From Minutocellus sp. GHC0000111 (lineage: Eukaryota): a DNA stretch of 64,000 bases. Positions within the stretch are counted from its first letter, which is position 1; every line of letters begins with the position of its first letter. A program made the translations under genes and the position numbers. The stretch covers positions 5,084,001 through 5,148,000 of the forward strand of contig OZ361256.1 of NCBI GenBank assembly GCA_977018835.1, in the 5' to 3' direction. Below are positions 45,472 to 56,838 of this stretch, one piece after another. The notes beneath the pieces were generated by a model. That model saw nothing but the letters and a program-made list of their open reading frames with translations. It was not told the DNA's origin and did not search any database.

Positions 45472-48176
45472 ATGGCGCAGTGGAAGCATATCGGTCTTCA
45501 CGGCCATTCTGTGGGGACCTTCACCGGTGAGTGATATTTTTGTGCCGGAACGATTACCTAGAGGTAGCGGGGCATGCGGCACGCTCTGAGTGAATGTTGT
45601 TTGAATTGGCCGCGGGGTGCCGGTGAATGCACGTGCTTGAATATGCCCGGCTATGCCCTCTCGCACAAATGGGTCGCCAAGCGTGAGATTTATTGAGCCC
45701 ATGCCACTGCCTCTTTTGTTGCGCCGATGCTGATCGTGTCTTATTGAAGCACATTATGTGCCAACCACACTCGTCCCCCCATGCTTCGCACTCACCAAAT
45801 TTTCACACCTCGATCTCCGCCCGCACGTGCTCCCATTCCAACACCTTCATCAGCCGAGGCCGGCGGAATTCAGTGGCGCTCGGCGGTCAGCGGTGGCCAG
45901 GACGATGACGTTGCCACCTCCCGAAAGCTCCCGGCCAAATCGCTCAAGAGCGCCAAGTGGTCCGTCTTCGGCCGATCGGGACACATCCGCCTCCAGTCCG
46001 ACGCCGACATGAGTCACCCCGAACTTCGCTTCGATGGGTTCCCCGCCACCGATTACGACAGGGTCCGCCAGGTCTTCAAGCAGTTGTACGATCTGGAGGT
46101 GATGAAGCATCCCATGTCGTCCGCTGGATATTCCTTCGGCAATGTCGACGTCGAATCGGGCAATCTGGTCTACAAGCAGTGCGTGCTGGAGGATGCCGAC
46201 GAGGAAGGGGAGGAGTTTGAGCCCCGTGACGGAGAGGAGATGATGAGCGTCAACCTCACCGAAGTGAGTCAGTGCGTCCTGCCCGGCAACAACCGCAACG
46301 AGATCGAGCTGCAGTTCCACGAAACCGACACCGTCGAGGCCGGTACCGACCAGCTCGTGGCTATCCGTCTTTACATCCCCCCGGACGCCGATGCCGACCC
46401 CTCCGATCGTGACGCCCCCACGGCCGCCGAGCTGTTCCAGCAGCGCATCATGAAGAATGCCAACATCAAGAAGACCACCGGAGATGTCATTGTGGAGTTC
46501 GACGAGGCCAAGGGTACCTTCCTCACCCCCCGTGGTCGTTATGCCATCGAGCTCTACGGCAGCTACATGCGCATGCGTGGTAACAAGTACGACTACAGGA
46601 TCAAGTACGACGATATTTCCCGTCTCTTCCTCCTACCCAAGCCCGACGATGTTCACATGGCCTTTGTTATTGCTCTGGACAAGCCCATCCGTCAGGGTCA
46701 GCAGCGGTACCAGTACCTCGTCCTCCAGACCAACAAGGAGCAGGCCGAGGTCACCGTCAACCTGGAGGAGGACGTCCTCGAGAAGGATTACAACAACGAC
46801 CTTCAGCCCGTAATGTACGGCTCCCTCTCCAACCTCATCGCCAAGACCTTCAAGATCATTGCCAAGAAGAAGGTGTTTATTCCGGGCAAGTTCGCCAACG
46901 CCAACCAGCAGGCCTGTGTCAAGTGCGCCCTCCGTGCCAGCGAGGGACATCTCTACCCACTCGAGAAGCAGTTCATCTTCATCCACAAGCCCACGGTCCT
47001 CATCCGTTTCGACGAGGTGGACACCGTCGAGTTCCAGCGCTACGGAGGCGGGCAGGGATCGACGCGCAACTTCGATCTTTGCGTTTCTCTCCGCGGTTCG
47101 GAGAAGAAGGAATACATCTTCTCTGGTATCGACCGATCGGACTACAACGGTCTGTACAACTTCCTCTCGGGCAAGAAGATCCGCATCAAGAATCTCCAGG
47201 AGGCGGATGCCGCACCTGCCGGTCCTTTCTACGATGAGAACGTTATCTACGGTCTTGATGCCGACGGAGGCCAGGAGATGGAGGAAAGCTCCGATGACGA
47301 GGATTACGGCACCGGCGACGATGAGAGCGGAGACGAGGACGAGTCCGACGCAAGCGGCGACGACGATGATCTCGGATCTGGATTCGAAGACTCCGACCTC
47401 GAGGAGTTTGCCAAGAAGGGCAAAGCCGCAGCCAAGAAAAAGAAGTCGAAGAAGCAGGCCGATTCTGATGACGACTCCGATGCCGGTGGTAAGAAGCGCA
47501 AGAAGGCCAAGGGTGGCAAGTCGCCCAAGAAAAAGAGGAAGAAGGATCCCAATGCCCCCAAGCGCGGTCTTTCTGCCTTCATGTTCTTCTCTCAAGAGAT
47601 GCGCTCAAAGATCCAGGAGAAGAATCCCGATGCTTCGTTTGGAGAGACCGGAAAGCTTCTTGGCGAGGCGTGGAAGAACGTTACTGAGGAGGAGAAGAAA
47701 AAATTCGGAGATATGGCCGAAGCCGACAAGGAACGGTACAAGAAGGAGATGGAGAGCTATGTCCCGCCGTCTGATGATGACGATGATGATTCATCCGATG
47801 ATGAGGGCTCACCCAAGAAGAAGAAGGGCAAGAAGAAGGTAGCCAAAAAGGATCCCAACGCCCCGAAAAGGGCTCTGTCGAGCTTCATGTTCTTCTCAAA
47901 GGAAATGCGACCCAAGATACAGGAGCAAAATGCCGAAGCTTCTTTGGAGAGATTGGCAAACTGATTGGCCAGGCTTGGAAGAACGCTTCTGAAGAGGAAA
48001 AGAAGAAGTACGAAGATATGAACAAGGAGGATAAGGAGAGGTACGAGAAAGAGATGGCAGCGTACAAGGAGAAGAAGAAGAGCGAAGCCAAGGCAGCAGC
48101 AGCCAAGGCTGATAGCGACTCGGATGATTCTGATGACAGCGACGACGATAGCGACTCGGACTCTGATTCGGACTAG
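45472..48176 (+). CDS. SSRP1: FACT complex subunit SSRP1 with two C-terminal HMG boxes; intron 45527-45853; frameshift near 47943
   Basis: Exon 1 MAQWKHIGLHGHSVGTFT; FLTPRGRY, PIRQGQQRY, GHLYPLEKQFIFIHKP; two KDPNAPKR.LS.FMFFS boxes. The second box lacks one T relative to the first (GCT TCG TTT GGA vs GCT TCT TT GGA). Confidence 0.95.
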
Positions 48177-48255
48177 GTTTTTGTATCGTATCGTAGAAAA
48201 TAGTTAAATAGGGATATCTAATGATGCAAATTGACTTGACTTTATACCGAATTTG

Positions 48256-50594
48256 CTATGTTTTGGTTTCACATTTTCTTCTCATGATCGTCACCGCCAC
48301 GTAGCCCCTTTCTCTTGCAACCTCCTTCACATCCGTTATTTCGGTCTTCTTTGCTTCGGCTGAAATTACTAGATACGTACCACTAAAGACGACAGCATCA
48401 CCAAACAACGCAAGAGGAGATGGTGGTGGTTCCACACCCAAAAGGACTGCATAAATGCTCGATAAAATCGGATTGACATTCTGGCAACACGAGACAACGA
48501 GAGGCTCGAAGTATTTCATTCTAGCCAGATATCCCATAATACCTCCCAAATTGCACACAAAGACGAGCCACATCTCGGTAACAAGAAGATCAAGACGTGG
48601 CTGGGTCCACCCCCATAGGCCTACATGAGGATCCGCTGAAAATACGAAATGTTCGCCTGACACCCACATTGCCCCGAGAAGCCACCAACTCGAGACAAAA
48701 AAATTGCATGTAAGTATAGAACCAGATATCGCATCTCGGTCTCAGTCTTTTGGCGACTGAAAGATAAAGAACAGTACCACATGCGGAGAGGAGTGCCACG
48801 AGAGGTCCGAGATAAAAAGGAGCAGCAGATGCCGATCCATCCTCTTCCAGGAAACGATGGCCCTTCTTGCCACTGCTCTTTGCACCGATTGCAACTACAA
48901 CTCCTCCGACAAATCCAATGGTTGCTCCTCCGCCTTCTTTCCAACGGATCGGTTTCCCTGTGCTAAAACTTCAACAGAACAAAAAGAAGACTGTGGCAAT
49001 TCGCGAAGATGAATGTTGTCATTACCGAGGTCAGACTGAGCGCCAGGACGAAGAATCCAGCAGTCGATGCATATCCTAGTCCACACAAAAGAAACAATAG
49101 CCACTCCTTTCTACTGAGTTTGGGAATTCCTCCACCGGAGCCAAAGAGTGACTTGAGAGCGAAAGGTAATAGGCAGAGCCAAGTCGCCGACATGCGCCAA
49201 TAGCCCTTTAGTAGGGGCGTCACCCCCTTTTGCTTATCCAGCACGGCACCTGTCGAACTGAGACATAAAGATGCTCCGACCAAGAGTACGTATCCAATGA
49301 TCGGGACAGATCGTTTGACGACAAGTAGGACGTCTACATCTTCAACCTCGCCCTTGGGACCCTCCTGGATATCAAGGGTAATTTTTACCTCGTCAACGTC
49401 GCTCGGAAGAGATGTTGGGATCGTTGGAAGCATCGACATGCCCCTTCCAAGAGGTGCCATGATCGCTTCAGGCAAAATAGAGTGGCCACGACGGTGATGA
49501 TGCCCTTCGCCAGCTAGTGCGGGATCCTTTTGGCCCACTGATGTTTTCGCCACAGCGAGCTCAACTCCCACTCCGCTTCCAACAGATGTATGAGCCCGTC
49601 GATGACGCCTCCGAGGACCATGATCTGCAGATTCAGTCCCACCAGTAATACCGCCGGTGTCCAAGATAACGAATGCTGCGTGATGAGTCGCCTGCTGAGC
49701 AGTACCAGCCGAAGGCATGCCTGTGGCAAAGTCCCACGTTCCGACCCTACCACGGGTTGGCTGAGGCACACCACCTACCGGCATGTTGACCTTGCGGAAA
49801 GATTCGGTCGGAGATAGGAAATTGCGCAAAGCTGAGGGTTCGGCTGCATTTATTTCACCACTTGCAGGAGGAATACTAGTAGCAGGCTTCTTAACTCGGA
49901 AAGATGCATCCTTTTGCATGAGATTGCCCAGCACATTGGCCCGATATTCGGCAGCGCTTGTTCTCTGTCCCGATCCATACGCAAACGCACTTTGGCTGCG
50001 CCGATGAGGCTTCGCGGGCATTTTCTTGGCCTGTTGTCCAGGAGGGATCAACCCATGTGGATGCTGATATTGACCTGGCTTTGCACTGCTGCCACTTTGA
50101 GCTGATTCTCCTCCAATGCCCTGTTCGGCAGTATCTTCTGGCGAATGAATGGCTTGCAGCGCCATGGCAGCAAAATCTTCCGACACATCCCTCACATGAC
50201 GGCGTCTTCGAGGAGGTTGCTGGGGTTGGTGCAAGAGAGGCATCGACTCTCCACCATCACTGGCGGCGGCGGTGGCTTTGTCGTCGTCATTGACGCCTTG
50301 ATCGGAGGCCTCCTCGGCGGCAGCTTCTGCAAATGCCGCATCGAGTTGCTCCTCGGCGACTGCTAGCAGACCGTGTGGCTCATTATCTTCCTCATCGTCG
50401 CCAGCTGTTGCATCAACATCTTCATCACTCAAACCCACGACGGCACGAAGAGCGACCGTCTCTGGTTCCTCGTTCACAACCTCATCATACAAGTCTGCGA
50501 CTAAAGATTCATTCACACCCACGGCTTCACAAATTGCCGCCAATGGAAGCACACCAAGCTCAGCTGCCTCGTCGTTACTGCTAGGTTCGGCCAT
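48256..50594 (-). CDS. DMT/EamA-family transporter with a long disordered N-terminus; two frameshifts (near 48967 and 48700)
   Basis: TM region from VPIIGYVLL...YWRMSAT...ALSLTSV, continuing by frameshift to GPLVALLSACGTVLYLSVAKRLR and EPLVVS...NPILS. Both shifts lie in A-runs. Confidence 0.8.
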
Positions 50595-50948
50595 GGTTTA
50601 ATGCATTTTGATACTAGCTAGTAATGGAAAGCAGTGAGACCAGCCAGGTCCGCATCAAAATGCATGCGATGAGGAGAAAAAGCCAAGGTGAAGGAGAATT
50701 TATGTGCGTACGTAAGACATGTACGTACGGTGAATGCACCGCCAGCACCGGTACCACCACCCGGTAGATCTGCCCCCCCACCGCCTGACTCCACCGGTAC
50801 ACCGCAATTGCTCCCCCCTTCCATTCCTGAATGCCTACATGGCATGTACGGTACGGCACTTGTGGATCTACCCGAATACGTCAAATTTATCTTTCGGTGA
50901 ATCTCTCAAAGACATTAATAGGTCAAGGTTACTTTCGGTTAACTCTTA

Positions 50949-52277
50949 TTAAAGTCTCCAATCTCTCAGAAAGCGAAATGGCTCAGTGGGGACGTCGTAC
51001 TTCACAAGATCGGTGCTGTAGTATTCATCGAAGTTGCCACTGACGCTACTGGTGTGTCGTTCGAACGACATGGCAGTGAAAAGTCCCTTGACTCCAGGAA
51101 CTTTCTGGTCGCTGGATAGGAGCTTCATTTCAAATCGAACATCGTGCCAAGGGTGGCTCGCCCACACCGTGACATTGTGCTTGTGAATCTCATATCGTGC
51201 CCACAGAGCGTTCTTATCCTTCTCTCCTGTGAGAGTCATCTTCACAAACCGGGGCAGCATCTCGTGAGGTGGTGCGCTCGTCAGGGCATAGAGGACACGC
51301 CCGTCCTCCTTGAAATACATGTATCGATAGTATGCCGACTCGAGGATTGCCCCTACAGGAATCTCCGTCCACATATCCCTCTGAATCTTCTTCACCTTGG
51401 AGTACTTGAGCACATAGACGCCGCTGGTACGCACACGGGGACGAGTCTCGAGCATCTTGCGATACGACCCGCCGAATCGAGAGACATGCAGGGCCTTTCG
51501 CCGACTTTGGTTGAGATAGCACCGTTCGCAGAGTTTCTTGTACACAGCCTCTGTTCGGGTGAATGTCTTCCAATGAGGAGTGACGAGTGCCATGATGCCG
51601 TACGCATCAATATCGAGATAGGTCAAAACACGATGACTGAGCTCTTCTGGAAAGATAAGGAACGGCCCACCACGCTTGAGCAACTCTTCCTCGGTCTCTT
51701 CACTTTTATCTTCCTTTGCATTTCCATCTTCATCCAAACCAGTGCTTTTCAGATTGGCTTTGCCAGCAACAGCGTTGTTGGAATCTGTTTCTACGACGAC
51801 AGAATCCTCAGACGTAGTAGATGAATCATCATTGTCATCATCTACTTGCGAATCAGTGACCGATTGAGCATGTGGCTTTTCATCATCTTCGCTCTCATAA
51901 TGTTCCAATTGGCGCCGGGGATCATCTGCCGATCGCTCCGCTACCGTTGGCAATCCCCAATTTCGAGGATCAGCTTCTGCATCGTAGAGGATGGCACCAT
52001 CATAGGCATCGCCAGAAGTTGAAGAGGCCGCCCGTGCCACAGTTGTGGCTGCCGTGTCAATGCCACCGGTGCCGCCTGCGCTGGCAGATGTTGCCTTCGA
52101 AAGCGTCATGTATTCCTCAAACTCTCCGATCGATTTATGTCCGTAGCGATTGGCAATGTCCTTGCGCTCGCTATGGCCGAGCAGATGCCAGATCGGCCAC
52201 GTCAGCTCCCACGATGCTCCAGTATTTTCATTAACCAGGTAGATTGGACTTGGATCATCCGAGGATGTGCTGTCCAT
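50949..52277 (-). CDS. F-box protein, FBXO9/Hrt3-like
   Basis: F-box-like FPEELSHRVLTYLD...VTPHW, followed by RPRVRTSGVY and YYRYMYF..DG motifs. Confidence 0.8.
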   Translation of the reverse strand: MDSTSSDDPSPIYLVNENTGASWELTWPIWHLLGHSERKDIANRYGHKSIGEFEEYMTLSKATSASAGGTGGIDTAATTVARAASSTSGDAYDGAILYDAEADPRNWGLPTVAERSADDPRRQLEHYESEDDEKPHAQSVTDSQVDDDNDDSSTTSEDSVVVETDSNNAVAGKANLKSTGLDEDGNAKEDKSEETEEELLKRGGPFLIFPEELSHRVLTYLDIDAYGIMALVTPHWKTFTRTEAVYKKLCERCYLNQSRRKALHVSRFGGSYRKMLETRPRVRTSGVYVLKYSKVKKIQRDMWTEIPVGAILESAYYRYMYFKEDGRVLYALTSAPPHEMLPRFVKMTLTGEKDKNALWARYEIHKHNVTVWASHPWHDVRFEMKLLSSDQKVPGVKGLFTAMSFERHTSSVSGNFDEYYSTDLVKYDVPTEPFRFLRDWRL

Positions 52278-52423
52278 GCGTTCGGGAGCCGCCCTCGCTG
52301 CCGCCGAGGCTGCGTCCGATGTTTTCGCATTGGCTTCACCAGCTGCCGCCGAAGTTTCGTCGTCGTTATCGACATCGTCTTCGTCATTGATCGAAAGCTT
52401 GGTAAATGGGGTTTGAGGGAATT

Positions 52424-52679
52424 TAAAACTAACTAACTACTGAGAGAGAGAGAGACAGGCTCTGGGAGCCGGTACTGTAAGCTGACTTAGCAATTGCAAC
52501 GGCAGCAATCGCAGATGGTTGTGGCTTGGTCAGTTGAGACGAGAGGAGGCGAAGGTGGTGGTCAGCAGAAAAACTGGGCACTACAGGAATACAGTTTTAG
52601 TGCCTGCTGCTAACCACCGTCGCAGTGCCTGCTGCTAACCACCAACGCCAGCTCATCCCCACCGTGCGGCACCCACAAC
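52424..52679 (-). repeat. Terminal direct repeat (3' copy) with an internal 25-bp duplication
   Basis: Matches 60489-60719 except for four TA-site differences and a duplicated AGTGCCTGCTGCTAACCACC block. Confidence 0.95.
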
Positions 52680-52876
52680 GATGACACATCGAACACAGTA
52701 CCTCCCTCCGCTGATTCTCCCAACTCTATGCAACTTAGTAGAACATGAAATGCAGTTTAACTACGTGAACTGGAGCTGGCATTGGCGGTAAATGAAACTT
52801 CTTAGAGAGGGTGAGGTCCCTCTCCCCCTCCTCCTTTCCGTAGCTAGCACAGATCGGCCAACAATGTGTGTCGTGC

Positions 52877-54166
52877 TTAGGTGAACAGGGCGAAGGGGGG
52901 CATTGGAGTCCCGAAGCCGGCATTTCGGCCAATGCTGTTGATGCCGGCGAAGGATTGGCGGCAATTTGGGGTCCTTGGGTCTTCGCGATGGTGGCTCGTT
53001 GAGTGTGCGTGGGGGGCACGTTGAAGAAGGAACCTCGTTGGATCATGCGTGTGGAGACTCCGGATGTAAATTCTTGGACCTGGCGACGGATGCACTTGAG
53101 GAAGGCGTCACTGGACCACCGCCCTACCAGCATGATTGTGTACGTGGGAACATCATTTAGACACATTGCCATTGCTGCTCCGCTGCGAATGGAGTGTGAT
53201 CCGAATTCAGAGGGATGGCAGCCCAGGCAGGACGTCCTCTCCAATCACTGTGGCCGACGCTCGGATCTTGTCAACTGTTCGGGTGGCAGGAATGTGTTTT
53301 AATACGCCGTTGACCACGAAGGCATTTACCGGCGCATCGCTGTTGGCACTAGGGCACCCTAGGACTCGTTTCACCAGGGCAGCCCAAGCTCGAACTGGGC
53401 AGAGGGTGGCGTCGTGGGTGCAGTGTTGCGCAATCGTGACGTCACGCTCGTCGTTCTTCTGGAACTCAAAGGTGACGGAGACAGAGTCTGCTGAGAGGAG
53501 GGACCGGTCGTTGTGACACATGCGCCGTCGGCCGCGGTAGAACTGGATGTTGCGGAGGCGGAGCAGCTTGGTCCTGCGCTCACCGCTGACTCTGGAGTGT
53601 TCGCAAGACCTCATCGCGAAGAAGAAGAAGGCGCCGACGGCTAGTTGCCCGACTGCACGGTCCTCTTCCGTTTCCCTGACGGAGGCGATCTCTCGGAGGA
53701 GCCGGCAGGTGATCGCCTTCTCCGGCCGCTCGGCCGGGTCGGACTGGCTGTGTCCTCGGAACTGCCGCTGCAGAAGGAGTGAAGGCTGGCCGATGTCGTC
53801 TTTCCCTGGGTCCCTGCGCTGGTTGTGCCGGAAGAAGGGCGAGCGTGCACATGAGACGGTGTCTCGGACTGTCGACGCAGCCAGTCGCGAAAACTTTGGC
53901 CCCGAAAAGCTGGCCTGTCGGACGGCGTGGGCAAAGGCGCCGAGAATGACTGTTCGGTCTCGGGGTGACACCTTGTCGAGGAAGACGTCGTCCCCGGTCC
54001 CGATGAGCTGCAGGAACTCAGTCCAGCCGCTCCACGCGAGAGCGTGCTTCTCGGCAGTGGCCGTTGTGACTGCTTCCTGACGGGCAGCGACCGCGCCTGC
54101 GAGACAATCCAGGAAGCAATCTCGTTGGGAGGTGGTGCAATCCTGAAATTTGAGGGAAGCTGACAT
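52877..54166 (-). pseudogene. Tyrosine recombinase of the retroelement (frameshifted; catalytic Tyr>Cys)
   Basis: AMRSCE (R), HSIRSG (HxxR), GRWSSDAFLKCIR where Y is expected at C; frames change near 53225 and 53000. Confidence 0.9.
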
Positions 54167-56234
54167 TCGGGAGATGACAGAAGCAATTTCGTGAGGTCAG
54201 CATCAGAGAGATCGGTGTCACGAGAAAGAGAGTCGGCCTCCGGATTGCGCTTCCCCTGGAACCACTGTGAGTGCAGCATGGTGTTGGTCTCGATGAGTGT
54301 GCCGGCTAGTTTCCGCGCCGTGGCCAGCTTGACCGCTACGTCGGCATCCTTCTCGCCGTGAGACACGAAGTTCGACTTCCTGAGCCATCCCTCGGCCGTG
54401 GTGCTGTCGGTCCCCGACAGTGCGCAGGAGAGGGTTGGCAGGTTGCCCTCGATGTGGTCGATCCATGGGCCGATGACGGCGGCGAGGAACTCCAGGCAAT
54501 TGAGGGTGAACCGGCCCCACAGCTCCTCGGGGAGGGCAAATCTCCACGCTCTGCCGGATGAGGACCATCCGCCGATGCCGTGCTCGCAGGCGTCACTCAT
54601 GTGCTCGTGGGTGGGGCAACGGTGCGTGAGGAGGTTCATGCTCATGCCATCGGCGGCCCTTCGGAGGAAGCGGAGCCACAGGTTGAGGTCTTCTGCATCC
54701 TCAGAGTCAAACCGTTGGCGGCCGTGGCGGCGGGCCTTCCAGAGCCGATCCCGAAGGCGGCTGAGGAAGTGTCGTGCGGCTGGAATGATGTGTCCGACGT
54801 GGTTTAGCCTTCCGACCAAGGTGTCCAGCTCTGATCTGGTGGCGCCGCGGGCTCTGAGGAGCCGAAGCATGTCATCGCGCCAGGCCAGGCACTTGCTCCA
54901 AGGGAGCCTCAGTGGGAGCCGCCGGGTGTCAGCATCCCACCCCAAGAGACACAGTGCTTCGGAAGGCGTCCCCTCGGCGAGCAGCTTCTTGATGGAGGCA
55001 AGGTCATCTCTGGGCAGTGGCTCGCTGTCGGACACCGGTCGGCCAAGCGCGTGGATGGCGAGGAGGGTGGCAGCGGATGTCCGATCCTTGTTGTCGCCCA
55101 GGTCAGGGGCTGCGGCGATGAGGTCATCGATGCACGGCTCGACGATGCCATCCTTGTTGTCGGGAAGGGTTACGATCATGTCCAGGGCCGGCACGAACGG
55201 CACATCGTCGCCCTCCACCTTGGGGCGACCCAAGTGCTTCTGCTGGGGGCTATGGAGCTCTGACGGGTCCCAGTCCGAGCATTGCAGGAGGGCCCTGGCC
55301 AGGTCGGCCGCCGATTCGGATGCATTGCACCATTCGCTCGGGCAAGGGCGGCCGCCGAAAGTCAGCCGGAGGGACATGAGGGCAATGCCATCCAGGGTGG
55401 TGATCGTTTTGACGGCCGTGCTGGGAGCCAAGTGGGCCCGGCGACACGCAGCCTTGAAATCGACCTTCTGCAGGAGGATGGGAGTGCGGGGATGCTTGTG
55501 ACGGGCATCTACGATGTGGTGGATCACTCGCCGGAGGGCATGGCCGAACACCACTGGCTGGTGGTCCTCTCCATGCGCACTCTGTTGTTGACGGACCGTG
55601 CGGTGCCGATCTCGAAGGATTGGTCGTGAGTCAGGCGGTCCTTGGGCATGATCTCGCCAGCCTCGCTGATCGTGTTCTGTGCTGCCAAACCCATCGGAGC
55701 AACCTCCGCTCCAGGAATGAGGGGCGCGACCTTTGCTGGCAGAGGGAGGGCGAAACCGCGGGTCACGTCGTCGAGAACTTGGTCCTTGAGTGCCTCCGGC
55801 CTGTCCCTGGCCGATTTGTGGTTGCCTCGGCCGATGTTCTTTGTCACGCTGTCCAGTCTGCTTTCGTCGCTCACCGGATCGAGGGCCCAGTCGGATCCAC
55901 TGTCGAGAATGGAGCGGAAGCGGGGCCACAGCGGGTGCCGGCCAAGAATCGGCTCCAGAAGACTCAGGTCTCTGAACTCCGATCCCGGTTGGAGTGGCGA
56001 CCCGCCCTGCGCCTCGAGTGCCCTGCTCAGAGAACGATCGTGTTTCTTGAGGACCGACCAATTGTGAGCGGCGGCCTCCGTCAAGAGCTCAAATCTGAAC
56101 TCCGTGGGCTTCGGTGTGGCCGACGGGGACTCGACTGCCCGTCGGACGTGCTGTGCCAAGGTGGAAACATCAAAGATGGGCTCTAGTTCCCACGTGGAAT
56201 TGCACAAGGCGAGGAAAAGGTGAGACATGTGCAT
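53641..56234 (-). pseudogene. Reverse transcriptase-RNase H of the retroelement (frameshift near 55565; YIDD>CIDD)
   Basis: KDRLTHDQSF, DFKAACRR, LTFGGRPCP, CIDD, LGW, then RNase H SDAC, NCLEFLA, TDSTTA, NPEADSLSR. Confidence 0.92.
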
Positions 56235-56838
56235 GCTGCACGTTCACGAGCATGCGGGTCTGTCCCACCGTGGTGGGCCCATTGTGGGCGCTGGGCTGCC
56301 CCGTTTGTTGCAGGTGTTTCTTCACCTGTTCGTCTCACTTACCATTTTGGCGCATCGGTTCTGCTTCCTTGCTGTGCGTAGGGGAACCAGGGGGAGACTG
56401 TGCTTCGGGTTGGGGCTGCTTGCCTAGGAGATCCTTCTCTCGCTGGCCTAGCCGGTCGAAGAGGTTGTCGGTGGCTTCCGCACCGCCAGCGTCAGTGATG
56501 CTGGAGCCAGAGCCTGAGATGCTGTTGTCGGCGCAGGCATCACCGCTGGTGTTAGGGGGACCAGGACCCGACCGAAGGTCACTGCTAACGCCTCGGCCTT
56601 CTGCTCCGGTGTTAGGGGCACCGGAGAGCCTGGATTGGTTGCTGATGTCGTTGCGACCGCACACGCCGGATTTTGGGGTGCCGGACAACCTTGGGCGGCT
56701 GGAGCCACCGGGGCGGATCGACGCCGACGTGTCTGGCTGCACTCGACGGCGCTTGGAGGGACGAGCTCGGCCGGCTGGCCGAGATGTTTCTCCAGCATCC
56801 TCCGAGGGTGGGCCACGCCTCCGTGCCCACCCGATCCG

